This document shows, piece after piece, positions 56,041-64,000 of a DNA stretch of 64,000 nt. The translations under genes were made by a program, and so were the position numbers. The notes beneath the pieces were generated by a model, which was given only the letters and a program-made list of their open reading frames with translations, searched no databases and was not told where the DNA came from. Numbering within the stretch: position 1 is the first letter of the stretch; every line of letters begins with the position of its first letter. This stretch comes from a virus. The stretch spans positions 32,001-96,000 of the IMG/VR virus record IMGVR_UViG_3300005613_000008; one strand, given 5' to 3'.

Positions 56041-57144
56041 ATGAAAATAAGCAAGAATGTAAAGATCGGAATTACCACCAAGTGTGACGAAAATCTATTT
56101 GGAAATGGGCTCAACCAAAACGTTTGGTTCCTATACAGACTTCTAAGTGGTGCCGGATACGATGTGCATCTAGTGTCGGAATCAAACAAGCATCACGGTA
56201 AGAAGCTGATTACCCAAGACATTCTTCCCTTAACAAAAGAAAATATAAAAGAATACGGCATGATTATGGAGTGCGCTTTTGCTCTTGAAAATGCTACTGC
56301 TGATGCTCTAATAGAATCTGGTGGAGTTCGCATTGGTATTCAGTATGGCAACAGACTCCTAATTGATTTAGAGAACATGCTCTTTAAACCAGATAACGGC
56401 GGTATAGGTAAGAAAGACATTCATGAAATCTGGTGCTCTCCACACTTTGAGTTCTCAATCCCAGCATTGGAGATCTTAGAGAAAACAGAAATGCATGTTT
56501 GCCCCTATGTTTGGAGCCCTGACGTTGTTACTCACACTTACATAAACTTTAAGATCAATCCGTTCTTTAAGCCATCTACAAACATCAATAACATTTCATT
56601 TTTTGAACCTAACCTAAACATTGTAAAGTCTTGTATGATTCCCATGATTGTTGTTGAAGATGTCTACAATAGAAGACCAGAACTTATCAATGACGTTTAT
56701 AACTTTGGTTCACTTAAGCTCGCAAAGCATAAAACCTTCTTATCGATGGTTAACAAACTAAATCTAAAGAAAGACAAAAAGATTTCTTTTGAAGGTCGCT
56801 ACAAGTTTGTTTGGGCTCTTCACAAAGAGTTTGCTGGCACCATTGTTAGCCATCACTGGATGAACGGGCTAAACTATCTTCAGCTTGAGGCAATGTACTT
56901 TGGAACCCCATTCGTCCACAACTCTGAGTTTTTCAAAGACCATGGTTATTATTTCCCTGAATGGGATGCTAAGGAAGGTTCACGTCAATTAGAGCGCGCT
57001 ATTGAAACCCATAAGGGCGTCTACCTAAAAGAGAGAGAAAGAGACAGAGAAAAACTTTGGGAGTTCCATCCAGACAACCCTAAGAACATTGAAGGCTATT
57101 CCGAGCTAATTGAAAATGCTCTTGCAAAGCATTTGAGAAAATAA
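56041..57144 (+). CDS. DUF2827-like protein (putative GT-B glycosyltransferase)
   Basis: KIGIT..LFGNGLNQN, HEIWCSPH, CPYVWSP, FFEPNLNIVKS..IPM, SHHWMNGLNYLQLEAMYFGTPFVHNS...GYYFP; ATG 56041 preferred to track start 56017. Confidence 0.75.
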   Translation: MKISKNVKIGITTKCDENLFGNGLNQNVWFLYRLLSGAGYDVHLVSESNKHHGKKLITQDILPLTKENIKEYGMIMECAFALENATADALIESGGVRIGIQYGNRLLIDLENMLFKPDNGGIGKKDIHEIWCSPHFEFSIPALEILEKTEMHVCPYVWSPDVVTHTYINFKINPFFKPSTNINNISFFEPNLNIVKSCMIPMIVVEDVYNRRPELINDVYNFGSLKLAKHKTFLSMVNKLNLKKDKKISFEGRYKFVWALHKEFAGTIVSHHWMNGLNYLQLEAMYFGTPFVHNSEFFKDHGYYFPEWDAKEGSRQLERAIETHKGVYLKERERDREKLWEFHPDNPKNIEGYSELIENALAKHLRK

Positions 57145-57154
57145 AGAAATAAAA

Positions 57155-57162
57155 ACTACTTA
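57155..57162 (+). promoter_or_regulatory. Late promoter variant ACTACTTA
   Basis: Intergenic, about 23 nt before ATG 57185. Confidence 0.62.
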
Positions 57163-57184
57163 CTACAAAAAATAGAGGTTTTAT

Positions 57185-58309
57185 ATGGCTTATAATGTTA
57201 TTAAGGGAAATATTGAGTTCAGCGGACCAACTCAAGGCACAATTGAGGATATGGTTGATGTTCATAGTGATCAAGTAATCGGTGGAACTAAAACATTCTC
57301 TCAAATGGTCACAGCATCCTCTGGTCTGTCAGCTTCTATTTTTTATGGCGATGGATCAAACCTAGATGGTATCACCTCTGGACCTATTGATACTTACGAT
57401 AACTCTGGTAATAACAGAATTATAACTTCTGTTGATTCTACCACAATCCAAGGCGAAGCGAACCTTACCTTTGACGGCACTTCATTGTCGGTAACTGGAG
57501 ACGTAACTGCTTCTGCTAATGTTTCGGCATCAGCATTCCAAGGTGACGGCAACAGTCTAACAAACATTGGTCCTTCTAGTTTAAACTTAGGTGCAGGATT
57601 GCAAGATCTTGCTGGAAATTTAGAACTAAACTTAGATACAGCCTCTGGTCTTCAAATAGCAGCAGGTGGTTTAAAAGTATATCTAAGTACGTTATCTAAC
57701 GCTGATCCACTTGCTGATGGTGATTTGTTTATTGCAGACCAGAGTGGAAATAAAAAAGCAACAGCATTACAGCTATACAACTACGTTGATGGCAAATTAT
57801 CAATCCCGATCGTAGCTGGTGCAAATACTCAGATTCAATTTAATGATGCTGGGGATCTCGGCGCAAGCACCAATCTTGCTTTCAATTCTGCTACAAATAT
57901 TTTTTCTACTGTTACTGCAAGTTTTACTGGAGATGTAGAGATTGGTGGGAATCTAGAAATAAGTAAAGAATTAACAGTTACAGGTTCTACCAGAACAGCC
58001 GCAAGGTTTCATTCGGTTTCTGTTCAGACAGCTAGTTACTCAGCAACAAGTGGCGATGAAATAATTCTTATGAATAGTTCCTTGGCAACAACTGCAAGCC
58101 TGCCTCCAATTTCTAGCACTCTTGTTGGACTTACCTTGACAGTTAAAAGAACTGGAACCGGCGAGGTACAAGTTTCTGGAAGTAATGGTATAGATACTCA
58201 GCCAACAATAAATCTAACACCACAGGGTGCTTTTGTCAAGATTATAGCCGCAGATTTCGGAGGCTCTAGTTATGGTTGGGCTATTATAGCTAAAAGCGGC
58301 TCTTTCTAA
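57185..58309 (+). CDS. Fibre/decoration protein, fourth paralogue
   Basis: DQVIGGTKTF fibre motif, V/T-A-S repeats, C-terminal TASLPP..GLTLTVKRTG..GIDT..L..QGAFVKI domain. Confidence 0.65.
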   Translation: MAYNVIKGNIEFSGPTQGTIEDMVDVHSDQVIGGTKTFSQMVTASSGLSASIFYGDGSNLDGITSGPIDTYDNSGNNRIITSVDSTTIQGEANLTFDGTSLSVTGDVTASANVSASAFQGDGNSLTNIGPSSLNLGAGLQDLAGNLELNLDTASGLQIAAGGLKVYLSTLSNADPLADGDLFIADQSGNKKATALQLYNYVDGKLSIPIVAGANTQIQFNDAGDLGASTNLAFNSATNIFSTVTASFTGDVEIGGNLEISKELTVTGSTRTAARFHSVSVQTASYSATSGDEIILMNSSLATTASLPPISSTLVGLTLTVKRTGTGEVQVSGSNGIDTQPTINLTPQGAFVKIIAADFGGSSYGWAIIAKSGSF

Positions 58310-58316
58310 TGCTTTT

Positions 58317-58324
58317 ACTATTTA
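58317..58324 (+). promoter_or_regulatory. Putative late promoter ACTATTTA
   Basis: Intergenic, upstream of the scaffold-MCP operon. Confidence 0.75.
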
Positions 58325-58371
58325 TTGTTACTAGTTAGAATGAAAAACTAATGTTATAGGAGTTTTTGTTA

Positions 58372-59610
58372 ATGTCTTCATTATTAGAGCAAGCAATCGT
58401 AGACGCCAAAGCGTTGAAGGAAGCCGCAATGAAAAATGCGGAAGCAACCATTATTGACAAGTATTCAGAAGAGGTCAAATCAACCTTGAACCAGCTTCTT
58501 GAGCAGGATGAGTTGGAAGCACTACTTGGTGGCACTGACGAGACCACCGCAGATGCAGAAGCAACTATGGATGAAGAAGTCGAGAAAGATGAGATTGTTG
58601 AAGGCGTTCCAGATGCTTTTACCGAAGACATTTCTGAACTTGGCGGTGTAAACGAAGGCGATGAGACAGAAGTTACTGTTGATTTTGCCGAACTTGCCGA
58701 GGCTCTAAAAGAACTTCGCGAAGGCGTCGAAGAAGAGACACTCAACGAAGAAGGCTACGATTGTATCAAGGATATGATGGCCGAAGGTATGTCCCGTAGA
58801 GAAGCAATTGCCGAGTGTAAGAGAATGGGCAGACTTGACGAGGCAGAAGAAGAAGATCCAATGGACGAAGAAGTCGAACTTGACGAAGAGTCTATTATGG
58901 AGATGGTTGCTGCTATGCTTTCCGGCGATTCTGCTGCCGCAGAAGAGGAAGCAGACGCCGACCAGATGCAGATGGCTGGTCTCGAAGAAGCCGAAGAGGA
59001 AGAAGAAGTTATGGAAGAAGGTGAAGATGAAGATCTTTACGAAGAACTTTCTGATTCTATGCTCGATGCAATCGTAGAAAAACTTACTGTAGATATGGGT
59101 GCTACGCTCTCTGGTTGGGCAGGTCGTTCTGACGACGATATGAAACACCAGATGGAGCTAGAGATGGCACATCGCCGCAGCACCGAAGTTGCAGAAGAAC
59201 TCGAAGCACTCAAGAAGGCTCAAGAAGAGCTAGTCTTCGAGAACAAGAAACTAAAAGAAACACTTTCTAACTACAAACAAGTAGTTAACTCACTTAAGGA
59301 GAATGTGCAGGATGTAAATCTTAGTAATGCACGTCTTCTTTACACCAACCGCACGCTAAGAAATACCTCCCTGAATGAGCGACAAAAAGAAAGAATTGTC
59401 GAAGCGATTTCTAAAGCTGGTTCGGTTGAGGAAGCAAAGACAATCCACGAGACACTTCAAAGCACAGTGGCGTCCACTCCCAAGAGAGGACCACAATCAC
59501 TAAGCGAAGCTATCACCCGTCCAACTTCCATTATCCGTGCATCCCGTAAGGAAGAACCCAAAGTGGATCCCTTCCAGGCGAGAATGCGTAAACTAGCAGG
59601 TTTAGAATAA
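58372..59610 (+). CDS. gp22: Prohead core scaffold protein
   Basis: Highly acidic helical protein (MSSLLEQAIVDAKALKEAA...LSNARLLYTN...RMRKLAGL) directly upstream of the MCP; SD AGGAG. Confidence 0.8.
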   Translation: MSSLLEQAIVDAKALKEAAMKNAEATIIDKYSEEVKSTLNQLLEQDELEALLGGTDETTADAEATMDEEVEKDEIVEGVPDAFTEDISELGGVNEGDETEVTVDFAELAEALKELREGVEEETLNEEGYDCIKDMMAEGMSRREAIAECKRMGRLDEAEEEDPMDEEVELDEESIMEMVAAMLSGDSAAAEEEADADQMQMAGLEEAEEEEEVMEEGEDEDLYEELSDSMLDAIVEKLTVDMGATLSGWAGRSDDDMKHQMELEMAHRRSTEVAEELEALKKAQEELVFENKKLKETLSNYKQVVNSLKENVQDVNLSNARLLYTNRTLRNTSLNERQKERIVEAISKAGSVEEAKTIHETLQSTVASTPKRGPQSLSEAITRPTSIIRASRKEEPKVDPFQARMRKLAGLE

Positions 59611-59636
59611 CAAAATAAAAAGGAGGTTTATTCATT

Positions 59637-61442
59637 ATGTCTAGTATTGTTGAAAGACTCACCGAGGGTGTAGTCAACCGTGATATGCGTGCCGAGTCCC
59701 ACGCTCTTCTATCCAAGTGGAAGAAAACAGGTCTTCTTGAGGGTCTAGAGGGTGAGCGTCAGGCTAACTCCATGGCTCGTCTACTTGAGAACCAAGCCAA
59801 GGAGCTACTCCGTGAGGCTAACTCTATGTCTTCTGGTGATGTCGAAGGCTTCGCTGCCGTCGCATTCCCCATTGTTCGTCGCGTTTTCGCTGGTCTTATC
59901 GCCAACGATCTCGTCAGCGTTCAGCCCATGAGCCTACCTTCTGGTCTCATCTTCTTCCTCGATTTCACTTTCTCTGGTGATCTCGGTGATGGTAATACTC
60001 AGGATCGTCGCTTCGGTAACGTTGCTGATAAGTCCATCTACGGTACCGATCAGGTTGGTTCACAGGTTACCGGTGGTGTTGATCTCGTTGATACTCGCGG
60101 TGGTGACCTTTCTGGTCCTCGTTCTTCTGCTCGCGGCTACGCCTACGCTAGCCCAAGTGGCTCCGCTATCCTTAGCTCCTCTGCTACAGCATTCACCTCT
60201 TCAGGTTGGCAGATTGGCGCTGAGACAGCAGCACAGCGTAAGGCTGTACAGTTCGACCCAGATGTCATGCAGTTCTCTGGTTCTAGCACTGCTCATTACA
60301 TCCTAGAATTGCAGCTTCCAAAGGCAGCCACACAATGGTCTTCTGGTGACTGGGCTTATCTAGACTACAACAACCTCTCAGCGGTTGATGTCATGGACCT
60401 AACCGATCTAGACGATATCACTGACGGTGCTAGCGGAGGTTACACCTCTTCTAACACTTCACGTCTACGTCGTCTAACTCAGGTGACCGATACTCTTGTT
60501 AAGCTTTACTTCTTGACAACTGTTGACACTACTGCTACTGCTGATGGTACTGGTGGCAGCGCGAACCTAAACGTAGAATTCCCAATTGTTGATCAGTTCC
60601 AAGCTGGTGCCAACACTTCACTTGGCGCGGTTCGTGGCGATACTCCTTGGGGTCTTGAAGGCAACGCTGACATCCCTGAGATCGACATCAAGGTCGATTC
60701 CATCGCTGTCACCGCTCAGACCAAGAAGCTCAAGGCTAAGTGGACCCCCGAACTCGGTCAGGATCTCAACGCCTACCACAACCTCGATGCCGAGGTTGAG
60801 CTTACCAGCCTTCTCTCCGAGCAGATTGCTCTTGAGATCGACCGCGAGATCCTTGCTGACCTCGTTAACGGTGCTACTGCTGGTACCCGCTACTGGTCAC
60901 GCGCTCCCGGTCTCTTCGTTGATTCCAACGGTAACGAGATTGGTGCCAGCGCTAAGGCTCCCGACTTCACTGGTACTGTCAGTGAGTGGTACGAGACCCT
61001 CGTTGAGACCATCAACGATGTCTCTGCTCAGATCCACCGTAAGACTCTTCGTGGTGGTGCTAACTTCGTCGTCTGCGGACCTGAAGTTGCCAACATCCTT
61101 GAGTTCACCGCTGGCTTCCGCGCAAGCGTCACTCACACCGACGAGAAGGGCTCCATCGGCGCTCTCAAGGTTGGTTCACTCAGCAAGAAGTTTGATGTCA
61201 TTGTTGACCCCTACTTCCTACGCAACGTCATCCTAGTTGGTCGTCGCGGTAGCTCCTTCCTCGAAAGCGGCTACGTCTACGCTCCCTACGTCCCGCTACA
61301 GACTACACCCACAATCTTCGGACCAGAAGACTTCGTACCGCGTAAGGGCGTTATGACCCGTTACGCCAAGAAGATGGTTCGTCCAGATATGTACGGTCTA
61401 GTCGTCGTTCGTGGTCTCCTAGGTGAGTCTGGCGGCTCCTGA
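59637..61442 (+). CDS. gp23: Major capsid protein (T4 gp23 family) with a large insertion
   Basis: FPIVRRVFAGLIANDLVSVQPMSLPSGLIF, KLKAKWTPELGQDL, LEIDREI, GYVYAPYVPL, PRKGVMTRY; SD AAGGAGG. Confidence 0.97.
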   Translation: MSSIVERLTEGVVNRDMRAESHALLSKWKKTGLLEGLEGERQANSMARLLENQAKELLREANSMSSGDVEGFAAVAFPIVRRVFAGLIANDLVSVQPMSLPSGLIFFLDFTFSGDLGDGNTQDRRFGNVADKSIYGTDQVGSQVTGGVDLVDTRGGDLSGPRSSARGYAYASPSGSAILSSSATAFTSSGWQIGAETAAQRKAVQFDPDVMQFSGSSTAHYILELQLPKAATQWSSGDWAYLDYNNLSAVDVMDLTDLDDITDGASGGYTSSNTSRLRRLTQVTDTLVKLYFLTTVDTTATADGTGGSANLNVEFPIVDQFQAGANTSLGAVRGDTPWGLEGNADIPEIDIKVDSIAVTAQTKKLKAKWTPELGQDLNAYHNLDAEVELTSLLSEQIALEIDREILADLVNGATAGTRYWSRAPGLFVDSNGNEIGASAKAPDFTGTVSEWYETLVETINDVSAQIHRKTLRGGANFVVCGPEVANILEFTAGFRASVTHTDEKGSIGALKVGSLSKKFDVIVDPYFLRNVILVGRRGSSFLESGYVYAPYVPLQTTPTIFGPEDFVPRKGVMTRYAKKMVRPDMYGLVVVRGLLGESGGS

Positions 61443-61464
61443 TAGCTAGCCAACTCTAAAACCT

Positions 61465-61496
61465 AAGCCCCCTGCTTCGGCAGGGGGTTTTTGTTT
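61465..61496 (+). terminator. Intrinsic terminator after the MCP, cUUCGg loop
   Basis: AAGCCCCCTGC-TTCG-GCAGGGGGTTT followed by TTGTTT. Confidence 0.93.
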
Positions 61497-61504
61497 GTGC
61501 GCCC

Positions 61505-61512
61505 ACTATTTA
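61505..61512 (+). promoter_or_regulatory. Putative late promoter ACTATTTA
   Basis: Immediately after the MCP terminator, about 23 nt before ATG 61535. Confidence 0.75.
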
Positions 61513-61534
61513 CTACGATTAGGAGGCTCTATGA

Positions 61535-62812
61535 ATGCCCACAAACTTACAACCACTTTCCGAGACTAGCGCAGTAATTCTTTCATCAACTGGCGATCCG
61601 TCAGCAGTAGCCGCAGCAGTTCCGTTTGGAATCTATAATGATTCAAACTATTTTCTCACAGGAGCAGCAAAGCAGGTAGATTTTGTCTACAAAAGACTTG
61701 GTGGCGATGTAGTAGACATTGAGCTTACAAACGCAAATGTTTATGCTGCTTATGAAGAAGCAGTCTTAGAATACTCCTACATCCTCAACATGCACCAAGG
61801 CAAGAATGTTCTTGGTGATGCTCTTGGGAAAACAACAGGAACCTTCGATCATAACGGTGATACCCTAACAGGACCAGAAGGAGCGAACCTACAATACACA
61901 AAGATTACCCTTTCTTATGCTAATAAAGTAGGTGACGCTGTTGCTACTATGGCTGGTGTTGGCGGTTCTACTCCAATCTACTCTGCTTCTTTCACAACAG
62001 TAAAAAACCAACAGGATTATGATCTTCAATCGATTATCTCCGCAGCTTCCGACACAGGTTTAGACGATGCTGGCAATGCTGTGCCTTATGCTGGAAAAGT
62101 TGGAGATTCCAGAGTAATCATCGATAAGGTTTTTTATCGCTCTCCAATCGCAATGTGGCGCTTCTATGGCTACTACGGAGGCATGGGTGTCGTCGGCAAC
62201 TACTCTACCTACGGGCAGTATGCTGATGATTCTACTTTTGAGATCGTACCAACTTGGCAAAATAAACTTCAAGCCATTATGTATGAAGACTCACTTTACA
62301 CAAGAACCTCTCATTATTCATTTGAGATCATTGATAACAAGCTAAGGCTTTATCCAACTCCACGCGGAGAAGATAACTTCGCTGGCTATCTTGATCGTAT
62401 TTGGGTTCGTTTCCGCATTGTTGATAACTCTTGGGGTGAGGACGGAGATACAAACACAGGTGTAAATGGTGTCAACAACATCAACACACTTCCATTTGAT
62501 AACATCCCTTATGAAAACATCAACTCTATGGGTAAGCAATGGATTCGCAACTATGCTCTTGCTCTATGTAAAGAGATGTTAGGGCAGATTCGCGGTAAGT
62601 TCCAAACTGTCCCAATCCCCGGTGAGTCTGTTACTCTCAACTATTCTTCCCTTCTATCCGAGGCTCAAAAAGAAAAAGAAGACCTACGACAGAAGCTAGC
62701 AGATATGTTGAAAGAAATGGAATACCCAGAACTCGCAAAGAAAGATCAAGAGAAGGTTACGGCAGCAGAAGAAGTTCTTCGTCGCTCTCCACTACCTATC
62801 TTTGTAGGATAA
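61535..62812 (+). CDS. gp13: Neck protein (gp13-like head-tail adaptor)
   Basis: KRLGGDVVDIELT, WIRNYALALCKEMLGQIRGKF..IPG.SVTLN..LLSEA. Confidence 0.85.
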   Translation: MPTNLQPLSETSAVILSSTGDPSAVAAAVPFGIYNDSNYFLTGAAKQVDFVYKRLGGDVVDIELTNANVYAAYEEAVLEYSYILNMHQGKNVLGDALGKTTGTFDHNGDTLTGPEGANLQYTKITLSYANKVGDAVATMAGVGGSTPIYSASFTTVKNQQDYDLQSIISAASDTGLDDAGNAVPYAGKVGDSRVIIDKVFYRSPIAMWRFYGYYGGMGVVGNYSTYGQYADDSTFEIVPTWQNKLQAIMYEDSLYTRTSHYSFEIIDNKLRLYPTPRGEDNFAGYLDRIWVRFRIVDNSWGEDGDTNTGVNGVNNINTLPFDNIPYENINSMGKQWIRNYALALCKEMLGQIRGKFQTVPIPGESVTLNYSSLLSEAQKEKEDLRQKLADMLKEMEYPELAKKDQEKVTAAEEVLRRSPLPIFVG

Positions 62813-62816
62813 CTAA

Positions 62817-63308
62817 ATGTCAGATAACGAATGGTCTAGACCAGCATCACCTCCACCGCCACTCTTTCTTGGCAAGAAAGAACGTGATCTCGTTAAGCAA
62901 GTCAATGACGAACTTGTAGAAAAAGTAATCGGACAACAGATTCTCTATTACCCTATTGATCTCGAAACAACAAACTTTCATGAGCTTTATGGCGAGGCTA
63001 TAGAAAAAACTTATCTACCACCAATAAGAGTTTATGCTCTTGTTAAGTTCGATCAAGATGATACTTCTTATCTAGACTCAGTTGGTATTGATAATGTATC
63101 TGAGATTACGATTCATTTTCATAAACGCAGACTTACAGAAGACCAAAATGTTTTTGTAAGAGAAGGCGACTTTGTTCTCTATGGAGATCTCTATTATGAA
63201 ATTATGGCTCTTTCTTCGCAAAGAAAATTGTTTGGTCAAGTAAACCACGCATTTGAAATTTCTGCTAAATGTAAGAGAGCACGCAAGGGACTATTCGATG
63301 CTACCTGA
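62817..63308 (+). CDS. gp14: Neck / head completion protein (gp14-like)
   Basis: IGQQILYYPI...LYGEAIEK..PPIRV...GDFVLYGDLYYEI. Confidence 0.8.
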   Translation: MSDNEWSRPASPPPPLFLGKKERDLVKQVNDELVEKVIGQQILYYPIDLETTNFHELYGEAIEKTYLPPIRVYALVKFDQDDTSYLDSVGIDNVSEITIHFHKRRLTEDQNVFVREGDFVLYGDLYYEIMALSSQRKLFGQVNHAFEISAKCKRARKGLFDAT

Positions 63309-64000
63309 TAATTTTGACTTCGCACAACTTCCTGAAGATAAAAAAGACTTTACCCTTAAAGAAGTAGGGATGCTTGCTTCTCGCATAGAGGACATTGACT
63401 ACGCAATTGTTTCTTGGATTAAAGAAGATTTAGATTTGTCAACTCTAACGAATGAAGGCTACAAGCGTGTACCTGTTTTGTGGCAAACACCAGAGAGAGC
63501 ATTCCAAATAAAGAATAACAAAGACCTTCGAGCGCCTGATGATCATAGTTCAGGTGCCATTACACTTCCTGTGATCACTATTGAAAGAACTGGTATCACC
63601 AAAGATCCGACAAGAAAGGGAGGTTATCAGGCACAGATCTTTTCAAATCAACGGAATGGCAGAGTAGGTCGTATGACTATCGCCAAGCGTATCAAGCAAG
63701 ATAAGACTCGCAACTTTGCGGTTGTTGGAAACACTCGCACAAACACTTCAGGAGATAGGCAAAAGTTCTTTCCGAGAGTAAACAAGAAGGTTGTTATTGA
63801 AACCCTTTCAATCCCTATTCCTATCTATGTCAATCTCGACTATAAGATTGTTGTCAAGACAGAATACCAACAGCAAATGAATGATCTTACCCAGCCATTC
63901 ATGACGAGAACAGGACAAATAAATTCATTTGTAATGCGTAGAAATGGTCATCTTTATGAAGCCTTTATTGACCAAGGTTTCAACCAGTCCAACAATGTCG
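63298..64000 (+). CDS. gp15: Tail terminator / sheath stabiliser (gp15-like), partial at window end
   Basis: Not in the ORF track. Open from ATG 63298: VPVLWQTPER, ITLPVITIERTG, PIPIYVNLDYKIVVKTEYQQQMNDL. Confidence 0.7.
   Translation, partial: MLPDNFDFAQLPEDKKDFTLKEVGMLASRIEDIDYAIVSWIKEDLDLSTLTNEGYKRVPVLWQTPERAFQIKNNKDLRAPDDHSSGAITLPVITIERTGITKDPTRKGGYQAQIFSNQRNGRVGRMTIAKRIKQDKTRNFAVVGNTRTNTSGDRQKFFPRVNKKVVIETLSIPIPIYVNLDYKIVVKTEYQQQMNDLTQPFMTRTGQINSFVMRRNGHLYEAFIDQGFNQSNNV

Noticed and set aside
3801-61236. Short alternative-frame + strand ORFs inside long genes (e.g. 14673..15056, 44313..44858, 60586..61236)
   Set aside because: Ser/Leu/Thr-rich frame-shifted shadows of the main codon bias, with no initiation signals; not treated as overprinted genes.
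542-62539. All minus-strand ORFs in the track (e.g. 542..982, 38710..39249, 46796..47209, 54543..55190, 58705..59148)
   Set aside because: They lie antisense to well-supported + strand genes, have no SD, promoter or recognisable motif, and are expected shadows of biased codon usage, especially in the repetitive fibre, portal and scaffold genes.
1-64000. Alternative genetic code (TAG or TGA reassignment as in some large phages)
   Set aside because: Very long ORFs are intact under code 11, and TAA, TAG (1112, 7763, 30745) and TGA (20866, 61442) all end genes at sensible boundaries.
1-64000. Prophage, bacterial chromosome or eukaryotic giant virus origin
   Set aside because: No integrase, att site or housekeeping operon. 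SD sites, a sigma70 promoter, intrinsic terminators and HK97-fold T4-like head genes indicate a lytic bacteriophage.
1-64000. tRNA or other structured ncRNA genes
   Set aside because: Intergenic gaps are under about 120 nt and are accounted for by promoter motifs, SD sites and terminators; no cloverleaf or T-loop GTTCRA context was found by eye.

Overview
This 64 kb window is part of the genome of a large lytic T4-related (contractile-tail, probably jumbo) bacteriophage. It uses genetic code 11, and every credible gene lies on the + strand. Gene order: 3' end of an M15 peptidase gene; baseplate/tail block (gp25, gp6, a DNRLRE-like protein, a 3288-aa multi-LamG protein, a 2076-aa orphan and DUF3751-like fibre-attachment genes); DNA metabolism block (RuvC, free-standing GIY-YIG endonuclease, primase, single-chain Mre11-Rad50); an FtsZ/tubulin-like GTPase among small proteins sharing an N-terminal MKxTKxxLxxIIxEEL leader; a probable holin/spanin group; head morphogenesis block (gp17, gp20, gp21, ribosomal protein bS21, four paralogous fibre genes around a DUF2827 glycosyltransferase-like gene, gp22, gp23); neck genes gp13, gp14 and partial gp15. 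A recurrent ACTATTTA motif precedes the late-type genes, one canonical sigma70 promoter precedes the recombination gene, and three intrinsic terminators are visible. I saw no tRNA, CRISPR array, integrase or intein. The best candidates for undescribed biology are (i) a putative virion-fibre glycosylation locus, (ii) a family of putative capsid-targeting leaders fused to diverse cargo, (iii) the FtsZ-like protein and (iv) bS21 alongside strong Shine-Dalgarno use. All functional calls come from motif recognition by eye; no database searches were run.
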